Source: an uncultured Fibrobacteria bacterium (GTDB lineage Bacteria; Fibrobacterota; Fibrobacteria; UBA11236). Taken from it: a stretch of 64,000 bases of DNA. The position numbers were made by a program, and so were the translations under genes. This document shows positions 38,233 to 46,514 of this stretch, piece after piece. How positions within the stretch are numbered: position 1 is the stretch's first letter; each line of letters starts with the position of its first letter. Under the pieces are notes generated by a model. That model searched no databases and was not told the DNA's origin. It saw only the letters and a program-made list of their open reading frames with translations. The stretch covers positions 160,001 through 224,000 of the forward strand of contig OY970309.1 in assembly GCA_963716395.1 (NCBI GenBank), in the 5' to 3' direction.

Positions 38233-40364
38233 TCGGGGGTCGGATTGGCTACACCCACTTTGCCGCCGTTATTCGTATACGCCGGAAATTCTCCGGTTCC
38301 CATGTCAGCAAGGTAGGTGGAATTGAGGGCCGCAGTATCGGAGTTCTCGAACAGGCCGGCGATGGAAAGAGAATTTTTCCGCAGCAATGTTTTCACCCGG
38401 CGCGTGTTCAAACCCTCTTTGATCGAAGTGAAAGCGTAGCGATGCAACAGGCGATCGAGCTTCCATTCCGTGGTTTCCATGTTGACGTAATGCTGAAAGG
38501 TTTTTCCCAACCCTACGAACAGCCGCTTTTGACCCGCATCCAATTCCCAAGGATGCAGGTAAACCATGGCCGGCAATCCGTGGCCGTTGGCCCGGGAAAT
38601 GAACGCTTCGGTGAGGCGGCTGGGATACAGGCGGAAATATCCGCCTCCGGCCACCGGCATCAGCCGGTTTCCCATCTTCATAGTCGACATGGGTAGTTCG
38701 GTCAGCGTTCCTCCGTTCGGCAACTGCAAGGTGTGCGGATACCGGAACGGGTAATTGCGGATGCCGTAGCGTTTGCGGGCAAAGGGGAAGATGCTGGAAT
38801 CGTATTCGATGCCGTTGCGTTCCAGTATTTCCAAGGCCCAGAGCGTGTCCTTGACCACGGTGAAATTCGAAGCGCGGTGTCCGCGGATTGGTTGCGAAGT
38901 ATGACGGCTTAACGCCTCCAGCGATTGCTGCAAATCGCGTTCGAACTCTTCGGGCGTCATGCCGGTGACCAGGCGGTGATAGTGGCCATGGGTGGCGATT
39001 TCATGGCCTTCCGCCGCAATCCAGCGCACGATTTCGGGGAAATGATCGGCAATCCACCCCAGAACAAAAAAGGTGGCTTTGGCTTCATGGTTGCGCAACA
39101 ACCCCAACAACTTTTCCATGTTTTCATGGATGCGGTAGCTTTGCAAATGCCAGGTGCTGGCCGGCGTCTTTTCGGCGAGGTTGTAGGCATGGAACCAGCA
39201 CTCGACGTCGATGGTCAAGAAATTGCGGATGGGCGGGTTGTATTGCAACTCGGCCACGGTTTCGAGGCGGATTTCCCGCAGGATTTTATGGACGAAGCGG
39301 TTGGGGCAAATCACCCACAGCCGTCCCCCGCCCTGCTTCACCTTATGGGCCAACCCGAGCAAAAGACCCATGTACTCCAAATCCAAATGCTCCTTGGTGT
39401 GTACGAAAATTTCCGGGCAGCGGCGGCCGGATATATCCAGACAGTCCAATTTGTTGGCCAACTCGAATGGATCGGTTCCAACCATGATGCGCGAGCTTTC
39501 CGATTTGCTGAAGCTCACCGTAACTTTGGCCGGTTGCTGCGCCGAGGCGAGCGCGCGCGATTGGAACGGCAATAGCTTGGCGCGCCGCAAACCGACCAAA
39601 TCCCGGGTCACGCCGTTGACATTCGGCCGCTGCAACAAATAGACCAAGGTATTCCGGAACACCCACGCTTCCATCCGGATCCAGGAATAAAACCCGGAAA
39701 ACGAAGCGCGATACGAAAGGTCATAATGCGATTTGCGAATCACGCTTTCTTCGGATTCGTCATAGCCGAGAATGATTTGCGCCAGACCTGTGAGCCCGGG
39801 TTTGATCAAATAGGTGCGATCCGAATAATAGGGCAAATCCCTTCCGTATTGGCTGGTATAATGCGGCCGTTCGGGGCGCGGCCCAATCAGGCTCATCTCG
39901 CCCCGCGCCAAGTTCAAAAACTGGGCCGTTTCGTCGAGATGCAAAGCGCGCAGCCATTTTCCCACGCGCGTCACGCGCGGATCACCGGTGGTGGCGCACA
40001 ATTTCGGGCCTTGCGCTTCCGCGTCCGTGCGCATGGTGCGGTATTTGTAAATGTGAAAAGGCTTTCCCCCCAAATCCTCGCGACGGCGGTCACTTTCAAT
40101 TCCATCGGGAAGGCTGCCATTGCGCTTGCGATTGCGCCGATTGATGCCGATGCGGAGTTGGGTGTAGAGGAGCGGCCCCTCGGAATCCAATCGAATGGCC
40201 GCGGCGATCCACGGGTAGGTCAGCCCCATGAATAAGAGGCCCCCGGCGGCGCCGATGGCGTCGAGCGTGGCTTTCATCAGCAGCACGCGCACCGACGGCC
40301 GCATATCGGGTTGTTCCAGACGGGTGATTTTTTTGCGAGCGAATTTATCGATGGAATCGTTCAT
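38217..40364 (-). CDS. Fusion: priming sugar (phosphoglycosyl)transferase + STAS-like domain + XrtA-type polysaccharide deacetylase
   Basis: 'YKYRTM..DAE', 'DPRVTRVG', 'LDE.AQ', 'MSLIGPRPE', 'KPGLTGLAQ'; middle 'LDLEYMGLLLGLAHKVKQGGGRLWVICPNRFVHKIL'; C-terminal 'LTIDVECW', 'ATFFVLGW', 'THGHYH', 'YDSS', 'GGGYFR', 'YLHPWE'. Confidence 0.8.
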   Translation of the reverse strand: MNDSIDKFARKKITRLEQPDMRPSVRVLLMKATLDAIGAAGGLLFMGLTYPWIAAAIRLDSEGPLLYTQLRIGINRRNRKRNGSLPDGIESDRRREDLGGKPFHIYKYRTMRTDAEAQGPKLCATTGDPRVTRVGKWLRALHLDETAQFLNLARGEMSLIGPRPERPHYTSQYGRDLPYYSDRTYLIKPGLTGLAQIILGYDESEESVIRKSHYDLSYRASFSGFYSWIRMEAWVFRNTLVYLLQRPNVNGVTRDLVGLRRAKLLPFQSRALASAQQPAKVTVSFSKSESSRIMVGTDPFELANKLDCLDISGRRCPEIFVHTKEHLDLEYMGLLLGLAHKVKQGGGRLWVICPNRFVHKILREIRLETVAELQYNPPIRNFLTIDVECWFHAYNLAEKTPASTWHLQSYRIHENMEKLLGLLRNHEAKATFFVLGWIADHFPEIVRWIAAEGHEIATHGHYHRLVTGMTPEEFERDLQQSLEALSRHTSQPIRGHRASNFTVVKDTLWALEILERNGIEYDSSIFPFARKRYGIRNYPFRYPHTLQLPNGGTLTELPMSTMKMGNRLMPVAGGGYFRLYPSRLTEAFISRANGHGLPAMVYLHPWELDAGQKRLFVGLGKTFQHYVNMETTEWKLDRLLHRYAFTSIKEGLNTRRVKTLLRKNSLSIAGLFENSDTAALNSTYLADMGTGEFPAYTNNGGKVGVANPTPEWRPH

Positions 40365-40733
40365 GGGAGAACCTTTCCGCATACGCCGACAAAACACTTT
40401 GGTTGTATGGAAATTTTTTATCACAACCGGAAGTAACGCCCAGGCTTCCAAGGTTTGTTTTAGGGTCAGGGCACATCGCCGATTTTCTTTCCTGGCTATT
40501 CGCGCTTTTTAAAAATCCGGGAACCAATACTAAAAAAATTTCGTGGTCTAAACCTTTACTAGACTTTAGTTTATTGTCGTCATAACAAGAATTTGACCTT
40601 CCGCCATGAGGTCGTGAAATTCCGCAAAGAACGCAAGGAAATTCATTGCCGTCCAAAAATTAGTCCTTCATTTTTATCGTTTTCTGATCGGCAATTCCAC
40701 TTCGCACTGACAAAATCATAGCCGTCCGAATCG

Positions 40734-40757
40734 TGCGGTAAGTTACCGCAAGGTTAC
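40734..40757. promoter_or_regulatory. Candidate operator: TGCGGTAA-G-TTACCGCA palindrome with GTTAC direct repeat
   Basis: 8-bp perfect inverted repeat at 40734-40750; GTTAC at 40742 and 40753 (11-bp period). Confidence 0.4.
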
Positions 40758-40822
40758 TCATCGGTTTCCCGCAACCCACCGAAAACGGCGTGGCGGCGAA
40801 GCAAGCGTCGTCAAGCATATCT

Positions 40823-40993
40823 TGTGGCCTTGGACGTCACGGAATCCCGAATGGTAACCGAAGTTACCCACCCGTTTCCGCGGGGGGAGAATCGCCTCCC
40901 GAAGCGGAGATGGCAATGCAGTTAAACGCTCCGTGTCGAGCTTGGATACGGGCCAAAAACGCGGGAACTGAATTATCGAGCGTCGCGCCCACG
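40823..40993 (+). ncRNA. Candidate structured non-coding RNA (family not recognised)
   Basis: Irregular closing stem enclosing three hairpins, with several G-U pairs on the + strand; intergenic. Folded by eye only. Confidence 0.3.
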
Positions 40994-41130
40994 CGCAGAA
41001 ACAACGGGGAGAGGGCTGCCACCCCGTAAGATTTTCCAAATCGCCCCGAACTTGCTTTTTTAATGGGGAACAGACCCGATTGCGATTCCGACCTTATCAC
41101 CTGGGTTGTCCGAAATGGGATTGACTGGCG

Positions 41131-41847
41131 ATGGTTTCCTTCATCCTTCCCGCGCACAACGAAGAGCACTATCTCACAGCCACCCTCCGCGCGGTGCAAG
41201 CTTCGGCCGAAGCGTTGCAACTGGATTACGAAATCGTCGTGGTCGACGATGCGTCCACCGACGCAACCGCGGCTCGGGCCCAGACCCTGGGGTGCCGTGT
41301 CGTCGCGGCGAACCTGCGCAAAATTTCGGCCGTGCGCAACGCGGGCGCGCGCGCGGCCGGTGGCGAGTGGTTGGTTTTCGTGGATGCCGACACCACCGTG
41401 CATTCCGCCCTCATCGGCCAAGCGCTGACCGCCCTGCGTGCCGGCGCGGTGGGAGGCGGCGCTTCCGCGAAATTCGCAGGCCGCATTCCGGTCTATGCCC
41501 GGTTGCTGACGGCCGCCTTGAATCGTTTCTCCCGGATTTTTCACCTGGCCTACGGTTGTTTTCTGTTCTGCCGGCGCGATGCCTTCGAAGCCGCAGGAGG
41601 GTTCGACGAGTCGCTCTATGGCGGCGAGGAGTGGGCCTTGAGCCGCGCGCTGAGGAAACAGGGACGTTTCGTGATCCTGCCCGCTACGGTCGTGACTTCG
41701 GGCCGGCGTCTGCGCGCCTATTCCGCGTTCGAAATTCTGCGCATCTTCGGCGGCCTGGTGCTCGGCGGTACGCGGGCCGTGCGCCGGCGGGATAAAACGG
41801 CCATGTGGTATGAGCCGCGCCGGACCGATCCGGATCGCACGGGTTGA
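41131..41847 (+). CDS. Glycosyltransferase family 2
   Basis: 'SFILPAHNEE', 'VDDASTDAT', 'FVDAD', 'GGFDE...GEE', 'TSGRR'. Confidence 0.88.
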   Translation: MVSFILPAHNEEHYLTATLRAVQASAEALQLDYEIVVVDDASTDATAARAQTLGCRVVAANLRKISAVRNAGARAAGGEWLVFVDADTTVHSALIGQALTALRAGAVGGGASAKFAGRIPVYARLLTAALNRFSRIFHLAYGCFLFCRRDAFEAAGGFDESLYGGEEWALSRALRKQGRFVILPATVVTSGRRLRAYSAFEILRIFGGLVLGGTRAVRRRDKTAMWYEPRRTDPDRTG

Positions 41848-41863
41848 AACCCGCCGGCGCCTC

Positions 41864-44056
41864 TTAGATCTCGACGGAAAGGCCGAGATACAGGTGACGC
41901 CCGTCGGCGGGCTCGAGGCCGCCGAACAAAACGCGCGAATAGTATTTCCGATCGGTGAGATTCGACACGCTTCCGATCAGGCGAAAGTGCGGGCGCAACC
42001 AATAGTCGACTCCCAAATCCACCACGGTGTAGGCGGGAATGGTGGCCGGCGCATTCGACCCGGCCAGGGGCCGGTCGCTGTCTTGCACGTATTGCCACCC
42101 GACCGAAAGCACGGACAACCCCACCTTATAGGCGCGCTGCTTGATCCATTCCAGCCCGCCGCGCAGAATGTATTTGGGCGCATACCCCGGCGTATTGCCG
42201 ACCGGGATGGCGGGACTGATGCTCTTCACGAATTCGGCGTCGAGCGCATTGCCGTTGAAGAACAGGTTCAAGTGCGCGGCCGCGGGTCCGCCGAAGGCGG
42301 ACGGCTCCAGCCGCAGCAAATCGTAGTCGGTTTCGACTTCGAGGCCGCGATGGCGGGTGTCGCCGGTGTTGACGTTGATGACGTCGCCGCCCGCACCCAC
42401 CGACTGCGATTCGATGCGGTTCCAGTAATACGCCGCATAGAGGCTGGCGTCATAATAAAGCCCGAGCAGCGGCCAACCGTGCACACCGGCCTCGTACGTC
42501 AGCGAAGTCGAAGGGTCGGGGCTGTTGCCGTCGGGCAAAGTGCCGGTCCGCGTCGGCGCGACGTCGAGATAGCGCAGCGGCCGGTAGCCCTGCGACACGT
42601 TGAAATAGGTTTCGTTGCCGCGGCCGAAGTCGTTGCCGAGCCCAATCCCGAACAGCGGCACGGTGCGCCCGAACGACCGGTTGACCGTATAGCGCGAGCC
42701 GACCCCGCCGGGCGGCAAAGGCTCGTCGATGTCGAGAATCTCATGTTCGAGGCGCACCGACGGCACCACGTGGAAGCGGCCGAAGCGAAACACGTTTTCG
42801 GCGAAGAACGCCCCGTAACGGGTGTAACGGTTCTGATCCAGAGTTTCCGTGCCGGAATGATCATTTCCAGACGCGCCCAGATTGGTGGTGGTATATTGCA
42901 GGCGCGGATCGTCGGACCCATAGAGTACGAAACCGGCCGTAGCCGCATTACCGCGGCCCCAACGCAGGCGTGCGCGGGTATCGAGGCCCGCGAAGCGAAA
43001 GGCTTGGTCGACCAAGCCCACCGTGGTGGGACCGTTGGCATTGCGCTCGGCCTGATCGTGGTAGCCGCCCCACAGCTTGCTTTCGATCAGCCAGTGCGGA
43101 TCGGGCGCGGCGCGGTACTGGACCAGGGCGGTGTAGCGCTGCACCCAATCATGGTCATACGGCGTGGTGGTTTGAAAGGGATCGGCCGTGAATTGCGAAT
43201 CGCTCATGCGCCCCGCTTCGCCGTCGTCGGCTTCGTAAGCATGCAGGTCGAGGCCGAGGTATTGCGCGGGAGTGAGCTGATACCCGAAATGGAGATCGCC
43301 GCCTTTGACGCCATACTGGCCGTTGTTGCGCTCGCCGTCGGAGCGGCGGTAGTCGACGTTGGCGCGGTAATCCCAATGGCCCCGGGTTTCGGACAGGGTG
43401 TTGAAGGTCGAAAAGAACGCGTCGGTGCCGAACACGTTTTCGGAATAGCCGGCAATGGGCTGCGCGCGATCGGGAAGCCGGCTCACGTAATTGAGCACGG
43501 GTCCCGCGCCCGGGCCATAGAGCAGCGCCGCGCCGCCGCGAATGAGCTGAATCGACGCAATGCTCTGCGGCGGCGGAAAGTAATACTGGGTGGGAAATCC
43601 AATCCAATCGCTGGCCGTGGGCACGCCGTCCTGCAAGACCAGCAACAGTTCCGACTCCTGCGTGCCCAGGGCACCGCTGCCGCCGATACCACGGTAGTTG
43701 ATATTGAGCTGGCCGGGACTCTGCTGCTCGGCGATGAGCAGACCCGGCATGCGCGCATACAAGGTGCGGGGATTGGCGTCGATGACCGTGGGCTGATCGT
43801 CGAGATGGATCACGGTATTCTTCCTGGTGACCGTGATTTGGGTGCCGTTCACCTCGGGCAAGAGGTGTGCGTAACGCGTTTGCTGGTTGAAGAGCCAGGG
43901 CTTGCTCTTCACCGCCATCGGCTCCAACTGGTTGACCATCGTGTCCTGCGGCAAAGCCGGCGCCGATTCGGCCGGCATCGCGGCCGTATCGCCGCCCCAC
44001 GCCACGATCCGCACCCAGAGCAAGGATGCCGCCCACCAATGCGTCACGTACCGCAT
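41864..44056 (-). CDS. TonB-dependent receptor (FecA-like)
   Basis: GGAGG RBS and ATG 44056, signal peptide, plug 'LVLQDGVP...IQLIRGGAALLYGP', C-terminal 'NLTDRKYY...GRHLYLGLSVEI'. Confidence 0.88.
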   Translation of the reverse strand: MRYVTHWWAASLLWVRIVAWGGDTAAMPAESAPALPQDTMVNQLEPMAVKSKPWLFNQQTRYAHLLPEVNGTQITVTRKNTVIHLDDQPTVIDANPRTLYARMPGLLIAEQQSPGQLNINYRGIGGSGALGTQESELLLVLQDGVPTASDWIGFPTQYYFPPPQSIASIQLIRGGAALLYGPGAGPVLNYVSRLPDRAQPIAGYSENVFGTDAFFSTFNTLSETRGHWDYRANVDYRRSDGERNNGQYGVKGGDLHFGYQLTPAQYLGLDLHAYEADDGEAGRMSDSQFTADPFQTTTPYDHDWVQRYTALVQYRAAPDPHWLIESKLWGGYHDQAERNANGPTTVGLVDQAFRFAGLDTRARLRWGRGNAATAGFVLYGSDDPRLQYTTTNLGASGNDHSGTETLDQNRYTRYGAFFAENVFRFGRFHVVPSVRLEHEILDIDEPLPPGGVGSRYTVNRSFGRTVPLFGIGLGNDFGRGNETYFNVSQGYRPLRYLDVAPTRTGTLPDGNSPDPSTSLTYEAGVHGWPLLGLYYDASLYAAYYWNRIESQSVGAGGDVINVNTGDTRHRGLEVETDYDLLRLEPSAFGGPAAAHLNLFFNGNALDAEFVKSISPAIPVGNTPGYAPKYILRGGLEWIKQRAYKVGLSVLSVGWQYVQDSDRPLAGSNAPATIPAYTVVDLGVDYWLRPHFRLIGSVSNLTDRKYYSRVLFGGLEPADGRHLYLGLSVEI

Positions 44057-44262
44057 CGACCCTCCTGCGCTTTCGAAAGAGTGGATTCGGGCCCAGAAAA
44101 AGAACGGGGAAAATCTAATCGCCGATCGAGTAAATTGAGACTTCTTCTCAAAATGGGCGGCCAACGCGCTTCGCCAGAGAACATGCGGAGTGCGAAAATT
44201 CACACCGGCGCCGCAGAACGGGTGTTAAAATTTCGGCTTCACCACTCTCCCGGAGGCGAAAA

Positions 44263-44958
44263 ATGGATAGACCCGCGCTGTTAGCCACCAATATTCAGAA
44301 CGAACAATTCGCCGGCTTCACCTATCACCTCGAAGGCGAGCTGGTACCGTCGCTCACCGTCGAATTGGGGCCGGATCAGTCGATTTATTTCGAGCACCAC
44401 GTGCTGTTGTGGAAGCATCCGGCCATCCGCATCGGCGTGCGGCCCATGAAGGGCGCGCTCAAACGCATGATCGCCGGCATTCAGATCTTCGTCACCGAAG
44501 CCAGCGGACAGGGCCAAATCGCCTTCAGCCGCGACGGCGCGGGCCATCTCTTCGGCGTGCACCTGCGACACGGCGAAGAACTGCACGTGCGCGAGCATCA
44601 ATTTGTGGCGGCCACCGGCAACATTCAATATTCCTTCGAACGGGTGAAGGGCGTGGGCAATATGCTGTTCGGAGGAACCGGGTTCTTCATCGACAAATTC
44701 CACGCGCCCGACGGCGACGGCATTCTCTGGCTGCACGGTTACGGCAATGTCTTCGAAAAGGTGCTGGAAGCCGGGGAACAAATCGACGTGGAGCCCGGGG
44801 GCTGGCTCTACAAAGACACGCGCGTGCGCATGGAAACCAATGTGCAGAACATCTCCACGGGATTGTTCGCCAGCTTCAATTTCATCACCAACCGGTTCAC
44901 AGGCCCGGGCAAGGTTGGCCTCCAATCCATGTATCTGCATTTGGCCAGCGAGGAGTGA
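44263..44958 (+). CDS. AIM24 family protein
   Basis: GGAGG RBS; 'LFGGTGFFIDKF', 'LWLHGYGNV', 'FTGPGKVGLQSM'. Confidence 0.82.
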   Translation: MDRPALLATNIQNEQFAGFTYHLEGELVPSLTVELGPDQSIYFEHHVLLWKHPAIRIGVRPMKGALKRMIAGIQIFVTEASGQGQIAFSRDGAGHLFGVHLRHGEELHVREHQFVAATGNIQYSFERVKGVGNMLFGGTGFFIDKFHAPDGDGILWLHGYGNVFEKVLEAGEQIDVEPGGWLYKDTRVRMETNVQNISTGLFASFNFITNRFTGPGKVGLQSMYLHLASEE

Positions 44959-44986
44959 GGGCCGGATTTGTTAATTTCACCCTCAG

Positions 44987-45062
44987 GCGGATTTAGCTCA
45001 GTTGGTAGAGCTCTTGCTTCCCAAGCAAGTGGTCGTCGGTTCGAGTCCGATAATCCGCTCCA
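44987..45062 (+). tRNA. tRNA-Gly (anticodon CCC)
   Basis: 76 nt; acceptor GCGGATT/AATCCGC, anticodon arm CTTGC-TTCCCAA-GCAAG, GGTTCGAGTCC T-arm, U73 discriminator, encoded CCA. Confidence 0.96.
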
Positions 45063-45111
45063 CTTCGTCCATTAGTTGTCATCCAGTTGGGTCTTACCGC
45101 CAGGCGCGGCT

Positions 45112-45822
45112 TCAGACTGAAGCCGGAATATCGATCACCAGCACTTCGGCGTCGGCACCGGCCTTGAGGGTCAGAATCTTTTCACCGGTGACTTCGGCAC
45201 CGTCTCCCGGCTTCAACACCGCGTCGTTCGCGGTAAAGGTTCCCACCGAAGCCAGCACATAGGCCTGGCCGCGGATGGGCTGGCGTATTTCGGAAGCCGC
45301 CGCCAACCGACCGCCATACACGGCCGCATCCTGGAAAATGAAAAGCGCGCCTTTGGCGACGTCGTCTTCGCGGCCCGACACCAATACCGGCAGAGGCCCG
45401 CTGCGCACGACGGCTTTGGGAAACTCACGCGCCTCCCAACGCGGCTTTACATTGTTGCGATTGGGAATAATCCAGATTTGATAGAAAAGCGTGTCCTCGC
45501 TTTCGAGGTTATGTTCGGAATGCAGGATGCCGGACCCCGCGCTCATCACCTGCACGTCTCCCGCCTCCGTGCGGCCCACATTGCCCATGCTGTCTTTGTG
45601 CGTGATGGCCCCTTGGCGCACATAGGTGATGATTTCCATGTTGTCATGCGGATGGGTGCCGAAACCGGTGCCGGGTGCGACCTTGTCGTCATTCACCACC
45701 CGCAGCGCACCGAACTGGACGCGGTTCGGATTCCAGTAGGCGGCGAAACTGAAGTGATGATGCGTATCCAACCACCCGTGATCGGCATGGCCGAGTTGGT
45801 CAAAGGAGTAAAGCCGGATCAT
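45112..45822 (-). CDS. Pirin family protein (YhhW-like)
   Basis: 'HGWLDTHHHFSF', 'GFGTHPHDNMEIITY', 'MSAGSGILHSE', 'QIWI'. Confidence 0.92.
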   Translation of the reverse strand: MIRLYSFDQLGHADHGWLDTHHHFSFAAYWNPNRVQFGALRVVNDDKVAPGTGFGTHPHDNMEIITYVRQGAITHKDSMGNVGRTEAGDVQVMSAGSGILHSEHNLESEDTLFYQIWIIPNRNNVKPRWEAREFPKAVVRSGPLPVLVSGREDDVAKGALFIFQDAAVYGGRLAAASEIRQPIRGQAYVLASVGTFTANDAVLKPGDGAEVTGEKILTLKAGADAEVLVIDIPASV

Positions 45823-46021
45823 ATTCCCATCCTAAGAGAGTTTAGGGATAGCCAAGCGTGCGCCGCGTGCTTTCGCCCGGCCGCGAATTCTGTCCGCTGG
45901 GCGGAACGGCAACAAAGTAGTCACCGCCGCAACCGGACTCGGATCGTCAGGTCCGGGGGCTATTCCAAAAACAGGCGTGGTTACGCAGGAATGCGGTGAA
46001 GGAATGACGATTCGTGACAGA

Positions 46022-46050
46022 TTGAAACATTGTTGTATGCATGGTATAGT
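46022..46050 (+). promoter_or_regulatory. Sigma70-type promoter of the chemosensory operon
   Basis: TTGAAA-17 bp-TATAGT with extended -10 TG, 23 nt upstream of the cheW ATG. Confidence 0.6.
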
Positions 46051-46073
46051 CAGGGGGTTTTGGAAATCCCGCC

Positions 46074-46514
46074 ATGAAGGGCTTATTTCTGATCTTAGGT
46101 TCGGGATCATGCCGTTACGCTCTTCCCGCGGCGCAAGTGCTGGAAATTTTCCGGCCTTTGCCCGCCGAATCTCTAGCTGACACTCCCTCCTTTGTGTTGG
46201 GACTGGCTGTGATTCGCGGCGCGCCGGTGCCGGTGGTGTCTTTGTCGGCTCTGATGGGGGAAAGTAAAGCCGTCTCCCCGGCCCGGTTCGTGACCCTGCG
46301 ATGCGAGCACCGGACCGTAGCCTTGGCCGTGGAAGCGGTGCGTGGCCTCGCCGCCTTGGAGCCCGCGCAGTTGGAGGAATTGCCGCCGCTGCTGGGACCG
46401 ACTCGAGGTGTGGTGGAGGGGGCGGGCGTGATCGATGCCGGCCTTCTGCTCTTGCTGACCACGGCCCGAATCATTCCCGAAACGATTTGGGAGAAATGGG
46501 AGCGGGCCACGTGA
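46074..46514 (+). CDS. cheW: CheW-like scaffold (WspB-like)
   Basis: 'YALPAAQVLEI', 'VLGLAVIRGAPVPVV', 'VALAVEAV'. Confidence 0.85.
   Translation: MKGLFLILGSGSCRYALPAAQVLEIFRPLPAESLADTPSFVLGLAVIRGAPVPVVSLSALMGESKAVSPARFVTLRCEHRTVALAVEAVRGLAALEPAQLEELPPLLGPTRGVVEGAGVIDAGLLLLLTTARIIPETIWEKWERAT

Noticed and set aside
36898-38316. 472-aa + strand ORF
   Set aside because: Antisense to the FemAB-like and Wza-like genes; no motifs.
41810-44284. 824-aa + strand ORF
   Set aside because: Antisense shadow of the TonB-dependent receptor in high-GC DNA; no recognisable motifs.
44987-45062. tRNA-Gly as an island integration site
   Set aside because: No duplicated tRNA 3' end seen, no integrase, and no compositional break beside it.
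45002-45262. 86-aa ORF
   Set aside because: Overlaps the tRNA and is antisense to pirin.
45933-45966. SRP RNA-like GTCAGGTCCGG
   Set aside because: Lacks the following AAGGAAGCAGC and the long SRP hairpin.
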